Shown: positions 60,001-64,000 of the stretch, piece by piece
Position numbering within the stretch: position 1 is the first letter of the stretch
Layout of the letters: the number at the start of each line of letters is the position of its first letter
Virus record (IMG/VR): IMGVR_UViG_3300030098_005194
Coordinates: 1-64,000 of that record
Length of the DNA stretch: 64,000 bases
Source of the DNA: a virus
Strand: one strand, 5' to 3'
Program-made: the position numbers and the translations under genes
The notes under the pieces: model-generated
The model's input: only the letters and a program-made list of their open reading frames with translations
Databases searched by the model: none
What the model was told of the DNA's origin: nothing

Positions 60001-63000
60001 TGTGGATTGTTGTAGGACATATTGGCCCAGATAGTGTCGCCATCCCTTAGCCCTCCCGGTGCATATGGATTCAACCAAGTAGCGTTTAGGACCGCATCTA
60101 CATCTTTGAAGTCATTGACTAAGACCCCAATCTGAGCCCCACCATCGGCGGCTAGTTGAGTTGTCACGGTGCTATGAAGATTGGTTGTGTCAATCTCAAA
60201 CTTGAGTGCGTTGGTATCGGCTATATGCTCAGTTACGGTTCCTAAGAATCCTACTCTGACATCACCTAGACCATCTGCGTACTTGTAGAATATCTTGTCG
60301 TCCTTTCGCACGTTGAAATCAAACAGGTCATTCACACTGTTCGTTCCAGTGACTGTTAGCGTAGTTCCACCACCACCTGAAACCGAGGAGGCAAAAACAG
60401 CGCCGAAGTAAATGTTGTTCAGAAGCTCCCTGTACAGAGGGTCTACAGTGCTTAGAGCAGGTGGTATGTTATTGGTGAAAGAACCACCAGCATAAGCGGC
60501 TATGTACTCATCATACATTATTCTCCTAGTCCTCTGCTTGAGAACAACCTCAGAGCCAATCAAATCACTAGGCGTGAAGTAACTGCCCGTCTTCTCGTAA
60601 TGTGCTATGACTATCGCTGAGTTAGGTATGGCAGTGTTACTACTAGTGCCAGATATTTCATCAAGATGGCCGTAGTAGTGAAACCTGTATTCAGTGCCAT
60701 TCACATCCACTACAGCTTCATACAATAGACTGCCTATTGTACCCCCGCTCGCTGTATTAGAATTGCGGCTACCAAGATTAGGAAAGCGAGCAAAGTCCTC
60801 TTCAGAAAGTGATACAACATACGTGTGACCTCCTTCAGCATTGTCTCTTTGTATATCAATTCCAACAATCTCTCCCTTTGCCCTCTTAGGTTCAACACGA
60901 GGAGCATGCGGATTGGTTTCGGGACCACTCTTGAAAGAAACAGCGCTGACGTACTGCCTGAGTCCGTAGTCAACATTCCCACCTTGCGTCATTGCGCTGG
61001 CTTGGTCATAATAATACTCACCTCTATTCTCAAAGTCAGATGACGGAGTGTAGACATCTGAGGCCATTGCCGTAGCTGTGTCATCATGTAGTCCAACAAG
61101 CAGGGGTAGTCTTTCAGAGCGCCTGAGTTCATTGAGGAAATTAGTCGAAAACACATATGACAAGTTGGCTGGTACAGTCAAATAGTTGTTAGAAGTATCA
61201 ACTGCGCTGTACACTACCCACTCGCCACTACTCAAGAATGCCCTTCTGTATCTTGGCACCGATGTCAGATTCTTGAAAGAACCACTAGCCGATGGCGCTG
61301 GATACTTCGATGCATCCTCAACGTATATCCTTCTGTTGGAAGAATCCCATTTCACTATTCTGCTGTAAGGCACATGCTCGCCCTTAGCTATGGAGATTGA
61401 GTAAGCCGAGTTAGCCTCCCTGTCTGCTGGCTCGATGCCCTTTGGTCTTCTACCCACAGGGCTAGGATTGTAGGTATGTGCCGTGTGAGTGGCGTCGAGA
61501 TGAATCTTGAAGGCATTGCCGGGTCCAACGAATGTACCACTATCTGGATTATTGAAGAACTGGTTTGAGAAGAATGGTATCTCAACAAGTGCCCTAGTGC
61601 TGGCATACTGAGTACCAAGCTGATAGTCATGTGAGATATCACTGAGGGACTGGAACATTCTGTCATTCACGTTTGTGCCGTTGTCTATCATTGATTCATC
61701 GCCAAAGTCAGGTTCACTGAAGAGAGTGACGTTGAAAGCAAACACACCAGTAATTCCAGTAGCGGAATTGGTTGTTGCTCCTATGTTTTTCAACAAAGGT
61801 AGAATACCAGTGAACTCGTTCCCATCAGATGTGATGAAGTCCCCACTACCAGCAGTAGCATTGGAAAAAGTGAATGTAGTCAAGCTTCTTGAGTCGTATT
61901 TGGCGCTACTGCCATCAGCAAAGTAAACCCTACCAGAATTAGGAAAACCAAAGGTACCCCAGCTCTTCATATCAGATGATTGATTATTAAGCGGTTGCAC
62001 TGTAATGATAAAAGCCCCACTTGAGTGATTGTAGTCAAATTGCTTTGTAGCAACAGCATACGCCCTCCTAGTTGAGAAGGGCTTGTGACTGAAGGGACTC
62101 TTGGTGAAAGTGGGTTTGGTATCCACGCCTCCTTGACCCGGCCCTCCAAGAGTGACGGAAACAACAGGAGCATTAGGCTCAATCTCCTTGACCACGTTGG
62201 AATCAGGGCTACCTGAGCTAATCGCTGAGATGTTTCTACTGCCAATGTTGTTCTGCAAGCCCCAACACTCAACAGTGGTGTAGCTTCTACCCTCTACGTT
62301 ATCCTCCTCTAATACACCTTTCACCTTAGCACGGGACATCATGTAATGAATTGACACTTCATTTGGTGTTCCCTTGGTATTGAGTGCATCCTGAGCGTAG
62401 TGCAACTGGTTGGTTCTAGCCCTGTCGCTTGGATGTATTATCAATCTCATATTGGAGTCAACTGTGGTTATCTCCACATTGTCTATGATGTCAAAGGACT
62501 CGTATATGGGCGAGTTAGAGGAAGTAACCAATACATCTGGTTCACCTGCGTTAGTTCCAGATGATACGACATCCATTCTCTGAAAATCAGAAAAGTCAAC
62601 TAGGTCCTTCTCTGATGGCAAAGGGTCAAAGAAGAGTTTGTGGAATGAGGACTCGTGTGTAGTGGTCTTACTGGTGGAATCCTCTATCACACTAGGTGTG
62701 GTGTTTGTGTTAGTATCAGAGGCATATGGGGTATAACCACTACCGGGTGTTAACGACTCGTCTAGAGTCAAATCGGCATCAAAGCCTTCACTGTTATCGC
62801 CTGAGAGGGAATGTGGGTTCAAAAGCTCCTGCTTGTGCGTGAAATCATCTGTGTTAATGTCTATGTATCCACCGGGTGCATGCAATGTCAAACCAACTCT
62901 AGTGAATGTCAATGTGGTATTCGTGTTAGTGGCCGTTGTGTTCTGACTGAGTGTAAATGTAGTGGAGTTATTGATAGCACTCACAGATGCGCCCGAAGGT

Positions 63001-64000
63001 ATGCCAGCCCCTGAAACCTCCATTCCCACTGCTAAGGAAGAAGTGCTATCCATCGTGATGTGCCTTACACTGGTGGTTGAACCATCACTAACACCGCTAG
63101 TGTGATTGGTATCACAGGTAGCGTCTGTGAAAGTCCCCATTTGAGCATCAATCAAATCATAGATAGTAGTAGCGGCTCCACCAGTGCCGATGGCGGTGTC
63201 CCCGGCTGGCACGGTTTTCTCTACCATTAGACAAGCAACATTGTTTTCTGTTGCCATGCTAGCGCCACTCAAGTCTATGGCGTTGTAGTGTATCTCAACA
63301 TAAGGGGACATGTTGTAGTCAGAACCTGAAAGAGCTGGTACGTTTAGGATTGCCACCCTACTGGTCTTGCTTGGTCTTAGATGATGTGTTCTTACAGTTG
63401 AGTCTAGTGTTGCACCCTTGTCATGTATTGGAGCTTTTAGGAAGAAAGGAGTGAAGTCAAAATTAGTCCCACCTATCGCTATGAGCTTTCTCGTCCCATT
63501 AGCCGTGCTACCAGTGCTTTGATGGGAGTTGTAGATTGTGTTCACAGTGGTACTACTGACCACTCTATTGACTGTGAACCGGCCTATGTTTCTTAGAATG
63601 CTTACCTCTGTGTTTACGGGCAACTGCTCTGCTATACCTTGTTGTGAGTCAACGTAGAGAGCTTTGTATTTATCAGCCACACCATTGATTTCCATGTCTA
63701 TTATTTCCTCATTTGGCTTTGGTAGCATCCTGAGATAGTGGTGACCATCAACATGATTGAGAGTGTGACGCCCGGAGTGACCAATTGATAACTCAGTCGA
63801 TATGGTAGTGGGCCAAGTCACTGCGTAGGGATTGTTTGGTGAATCAGTGCTAATCGCCATTTGTGAGGAGTAGACAAAACCATGTTGTCCCAAAGGTCCT
63901 TCGTCTATAACCATCTGACCAGTTCTATCGATGGCCTTTGAGGAATAGTGTGGAGGCTGGTACGGTTTACCTGTACCAGAGTCTAACAGCAGGTCAGCCC
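48084..64000 (-). CDS. giant virion (tail/adsorption) protein, >5,300 aa, 5'-truncated by the window
   Basis: The frame stays open upstream of ATG 63914 to the window end (ADLLLDSGTGKPYQPPHYSSKAIDRTGQ); Ser/Thr/Gly-rich. Confidence 0.85.
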   Translation of the reverse strand, partial: ADLLLDSGTGKPYQPPHYSSKAIDRTGQMVIDEGPLGQHGFVYSSQMAISTDSPNNPYAVTWPTTISTELSIGHSGRHTLNHVDGHHYLRMLPKPNEEIIDMEINGVADKYKALYVDSQQGIAEQLPVNTEVSILRNIGRFTVNRVVSSTTVNTIYNSHQSTGSTANGTRKLIAIGGTNFDFTPFFLKAPIHDKGATLDSTVRTHHLRPSKTSRVAILNVPALSGSDYNMSPYVEIHYNAIDLSGASMATENNVACLMVEKTVPAGDTAIGTGGAATTIYDLIDAQMGTFTDATCDTNHTSGVSDGSTTSVRHITMDSTSSLAVGMEVSGAGIPSGASVSAINNSTTFTLSQNTTATNTNTTLTFTRVGLTLHAPGGYIDINTDDFTHKQELLNPHSLSGDNSEGFDADLTLDESLTPGSGYTPYASDTNTNTTPSVIEDSTSKTTTHESSFHKLFFDPLPSEKDLVDFSDFQRMDVVSSGTNAGEPDVLVTSSNSPIYESFDIIDNVEITTVDSNMRLIIHPSDRARTNQLHYAQDALNTKGTPNEVSIHYMMSRAKVKGVLEEDNVEGRSYTTVECWGLQNNIGSRNISAISSGSPDSNVVKEIEPNAPVVSVTLGGPGQGGVDTKPTFTKSPFSHKPFSTRRAYAVATKQFDYNHSSGAFIITVQPLNNQSSDMKSWGTFGFPNSGRVYFADGSSAKYDSRSLTTFTFSNATAGSGDFITSDGNEFTGILPLLKNIGATTNSATGITGVFAFNVTLFSEPDFGDESMIDNGTNVNDRMFQSLSDISHDYQLGTQYASTRALVEIPFFSNQFFNNPDSGTFVGPGNAFKIHLDATHTAHTYNPSPVGRRPKGIEPADREANSAYSISIAKGEHVPYSRIVKWDSSNRRIYVEDASKYPAPSASGSFKNLTSVPRYRRAFLSSGEWVVYSAVDTSNNYLTVPANLSYVFSTNFLNELRRSERLPLLVGLHDDTATAMASDVYTPSSDFENRGEYYYDQASAMTQGGNVDYGLRQYVSAVSFKSGPETNPHAPRVEPKRAKGEIVGIDIQRDNAEGGHTYVVSLSEEDFARFPNLGSRNSNTASGGTIGSLLYEAVVDVNGTEYRFHYYGHLDEISGTSSNTAIPNSAIVIAHYEKTGSYFTPSDLIGSEVVLKQRTRRIMYDEYIAAYAGGSFTNNIPPALSTVDPLYRELLNNIYFGAVFASSVSGGGGTTLTVTGTNSVNDLFDFNVRKDDKIFYKYADGLGDVRVGFLGTVTEHIADTNALKFEIDTTNLHSTVTTQLAADGGAQIGVLVNDFKDVDAVLNATWLNPYAPGGLRDGDTIWANMSYNNPHAVEGLFAKSRGVYNEGEVWSEFNGGEGTLAASNPRDSIPLENFLIGANALETARNYAQHVNRTIEENYVSLGLSASLAPTVAYVDPYLANEGHARVLLYDVVHDREFIAFQDIHMQVQSSADATHIGWNRHVVENTDTTMTDLAVSLPATNGAAPYAWTTQIDVANGFPSQNRYIRSTQQSKFIESAYAHDLANKQSDDLTGQTVYSDVFTDATCDTNHTSGLSDGSTTSVRHITMDSTSLLSIGMGVSGTGIPSGATISAINSSTVFTLSHDTTATNTNTTLTFTRTNNARINNYSRLFGKAHGHHVHVGFSINGAASNQSYSFSTPPRTQESVTTLNRAIDRHSLSRKSARSFIDSLVKFREVSGKSLRDPSTFFDTPDGTRVIPAFLCLKGIRSSSLDLSSHAEANQSSGLRGIKHLPQWTDMDFVRRLTIDAGEIAEKEGVVDVLSGVTEIVRKINQYGALNARMGKTVEVFDAGLNVTSTAIVGGGSAHDPAVWWDVNQAFTSTDSGTHMGYLRAHLGREVEDADGNIGHTIVIHSTVPGASGRNFCVWLDNSTSQTTYKPEFLIGHGGRWRNFWALPDEREGENMHPAPMPLDKNGRPFAPITTLKQYIDSDESGEDVVSVADIGTEEKTDFMSISDVISGKNHNSINRDSFDLEGSTSTLVNGLRIGKRAISRINFGGLVATGVPGWAPVAGTWGFGKNGESTYNARYGSSSTTRTYSSHISANMLDEENIGKGQLYGFRLRDHLGGEHGIRFIYSRRGQVFANTNTKTPDTLQDEICVFFDDRSSSQGGFTIGTSMMGSGDATGRLVSSFTDQSWRGARWNAKPAPEIAVRMSLAFASTSFTATLSAPYRFTDATCDYNNDPTITMDSTAFLVPGMAVSGTGIPTGATVSSITNATTFELSASTTGGSVTNGTLTFTHPHPDILGYLGFPLENGVLQMTDAVTSQDDEVGRVVSYERRDGNTFYNVQNAPATSGTDIKLVSPTINWSCLVTDELMSAVTAAAINKEDANSVTFFDCTSMYAADGRTFGEWGVTPDAIQIVAFNTERNVTPLSKLFSAVVAPDLGIQAAHLEFGEIQKAELTADGVWDFGTNDAFTDAEIDAGMRIDCGYIPKTLLEIRTKGVGPNTNTATPVFVDSDNNPVSTVAWRKNLTGESYTSVSGDHIIPKIDNPILQIDRSEFTDSNWATNNQFKTVTNAYHFLIPASSFVSGDASRSIGQKAVVYLDNEKYAVVESVNDSASFASNNSMKWFSDTEVNWPSTRPAQDEFLHLHLERKFAGIRSIGSVFSEPIVLFRGGKSSPDHSVPLFFGGGFSGVVMDVNDGSNNDYSQFYTHPYANGPTGTAGIQNANEISTSFAMLDCNAILAFFPGTALLNQHRASALPPFFNKDNVLSTDLDMGGTTYAAGVVKAKAVPLVLRFPHPTARYDDHVNGVDNKTTYLVFGPGQAFPIREETSVSNPKEPHPGRVITTGNSFSKVPLMTKAFHNHINNEDRDYLPPDKTEYLANAAYHWRAMVNWESPAGYPLGRTYKQRPSHGRMYGQMIWDESTFDDRTQPLRHTPFIGFGIAMAADTVFHMDGGFHPGGSWLDDQLTFNPPKNDARISVSGYSKINPTAFRVAGAMLKSIVTGSTTIADKDTDMEYIAVDATRCQNGEELATVLGAAINTFPGKGALKAIGGTHMPSMGNAMRQDRYGWIDIGAATGTYQNSSHPYYIESVATSNRDLLENLPASGWIRGDIDNSSTTNAASYACYFMKQIILSGTDFKARFYLAPNRKENASSPDANFLHDNGGVTPSSSKNLYVWSKSGVIRYDNESGSGREHMTQVHFSGIVDAVDRTKPVGAVGWHGERYSYLNSLKITTSVTKNTTTTNTTGYAAGLGAYHPFLNFSPYGSAGTVMNTYGQLPLIAPLFGSPESTPVIDGGQSATNQKGYIDSIYSNNTFSSYGRSYNYKDAEDAAPNNLFSDPTNYVMSHANTSNTSILPDELQKSQGVYTSAFLVVSYESELALVAKRDRDGTSAVGDWLYLRQEEDISDSGTTIWDDRIHGQDRYTAPANAGPNVEALIADGTTVPVDTIDANWIDDLFPTGGTPAYKYMHSAPSSDTKLSNATPDRAKTGDLIHDLDFSPGSFNLQSGEAERNVAEDKYSGTAYTAETGFSNQYWLSDVNGFQTQKKFAAKNFSVENIVWKRMDGGNLSLPTLDARGLGAVPFVTRVKSNTKYLTGEKIYGNVRFSFETTNSAMMPVLQAQEISQPQLSEKNIFNVKNILQIPNEEIQFEEILVVDDAGQEHVIEGGSPLGTIIRTFNLSQFTSQETTTVFDAGLGVFSNVTENKTGPALANSGLKPRLAVQLPNPDSIPGNLVVRSGFDPIQAYQNETFGSGGMQHPGDNSTRLSSFYDTTYGIGQGHPTYEEVGWEHYDPVNEKSKVGGLDVATLKNSYELHDRALFFHVTKMGHSSTHRYPNVYTTGSNSAANDVETQTLTFVSFSSGVVTVNAAPNVHVWKRTFTDATCDYNNSTSVSIDSTASLVIGMQVSGTGIPTGAIISSISNSTSFELSAATTGGSVTNGTLTFKETRDFGSREENDDRRYMRLYNPTTGESGVATYTGISGSTFTGVKADANFTTLAATSDTLLLVPSFYIPAGSNRFFAARRLRDHAEVSGNSPDMAHTEYITSVTNAYDRYTKPVMTPMPYPRMGHHYVNATQPMLPGHWAHPVYQSLYKKHRAEQNMLRQTMDGKILSDAIKASAENVPTKDDLSIGNSINPMEAEINFSAINAAPSGPSDLHGGAFTLMFETAVKWDGYGVLGSQGDAGTINKAGGHSITLQAASSYTLANHFPDPAEVGAYQIVIQPNLFSNQLGGADDTTYALTAQQVNTVIGIKHDESNTGAMTLVLARSTEADVRGCEVMINEMMLDINPDFGSQFTNIPKLLLYNPYGVNLNESPSFSRRGFPYSPMFSDSTPGVTLNVPWWSVLFADIASDDLSNDEGFRGLAQSAPHNYYSHSRSTYGSIGNTLTMQGYPTIYPDIYSHILQNTSNIPTCIVQSFNTSTRKITVDNASSFPSLPRFGKHLQYTGKDGKTYSAPYTSRSGFSASEINIPTIFTLPSTATSTNFLNNIFDGAEITLSSTYNTISENTYAKDRTKSIFATNLDDIKLGTRDTNNLNPPDAFLCLWHENLGRPYTIFSESTSRAWNAEPVDADRYNALPEHYETIHYHSATYAMSLGPFSLKVKAQRTTDATGGVHTVDANNDAGGASGSEFGSVLYNRYWPCGSRGGPQASSLEEYTIASASWSKPGDYDQMGLNWVDDDDDGSYSVSSGISSSTSDTKRRAFGYRIAVRQAYNRPRWGLLPARAVYEGTASGSAFNTTNYDSGPIIQMESHGSIPLTYTGILERSTNFTGMLNNDIAGHQVRYAQGRRMTRPFGTPLRTLRNPATDTSESITVQRDWWGDSEPKGITELSEASQYYLVDWWGNERGEDVRRAPVRGFGIRPAWDCGNAYKMGSNTPFDRIWNGGKPLFNVKNVIDSSGNVSVTADFTVPRFGGTQNDSNLNGSNNDLVDVFSPVHSLRVGCMGNGRGSRYPTSFNECIFTDVSVTDEKTGVVLSSNTSEPTLGAGFTRPRNDVLQADEIKRGISSKLSISEDGLLKPEANVGGRTDTIVGSSKHLEPISRTSPRIGIDAPLYDGLEENHVAITTEAHSLHTDRNMGQRVSLSASLQRDARTAANIDIPTSFSRQSDGSLASGILRFSHTNSFRPYGGSYILEVRSYAGSFDDTGWGKNNIASPTKSSNPYQNATRKLTTKPNNRTDKSVKFLIRPIRQLDNRHVEMYRLNDNLHSSSPQYTLGYLNFTSGGKYGYFNYEVDNPASSSFYVGSSNPNANGPYYPVVLFTSDYGTVSSQGPTIQTSEQSSFDNTDLTTGVGRLLVSENTLQHHRADSVRAGDFSVKPRFSQTLHPKGHKGDVTFGTDDHSGDSP
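52281..63131 (-). repeat. four dispersed FTDATCD...TLTF modules within the giant protein
   Basis: Copies at 62904-63131 and 59145-59372 (76 aa each), and 57228-57425 and 52281-52478 (66 aa each). Confidence 0.85.

Noticed and set aside
39082-63014. Plus-strand ORFs opposite the structural genes (for example 42379-43083, 48973-49608)
   Set aside because: Shadow frames of Ser/Thr/Gly-rich minus-strand genes
52281-63131. FTDATCD modules as inteins or DGR template/variable repeats
   Set aside because: No intein C-terminal HN-(C/S/T) junction; no reverse transcriptase in the window; I saw no adenine-specific pattern in the differences between copies

Overview
The window reads as part of a tailed dsDNA virus genome infecting archaea. 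It most resembles the 'magroviruses' of Marine Group II Euryarchaeota (Poseidoniales). That assignment is an inference from gene content: an archaeal-type replisome (RFC, probable SSB, P-loop recombinase, probable PCNA, PolB, Cas4-like nuclease, fused primase, XPF/ERCC4 nuclease, MCM-like helicase, DEDD exonuclease), a group II chaperonin and very large virion proteins. Layout: (i) 1-1300, one ORF, then a highly structured GC-rich non-coding block with a canonical K-turn, short repeats and an AT-rich tract; (ii) about 1300-22860, + strand accessory genes, translationally coupled and preceded by a conserved TATA-like motif; (iii) about 22900-38600, + strand replication, chaperonin and methyltransferase genes; (iv) about 38700-64000, - strand virion/tail genes, ending in a >5,300-aa protein that runs off the window. 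The best candidate for an undescribed system is a translationally coupled pair: a PEP-synthase/dikinase-like protein (ATP-grasp-like region, phospho-His swivel domain, unknown C-terminal domain) and a WPD-loop CX5R phosphatase with a Zn-binding tail. A stand-alone HipA/PI3K-like kinase lies in the same transcription unit. Other leads are two candidate ncRNAs, TFB-like and TFS-like mini-proteins, an apparently inactive DNA ligase, four plug-in modules in the giant protein, and apparent GATC avoidance. All calls come from motif reading by eye; no database searches were run.
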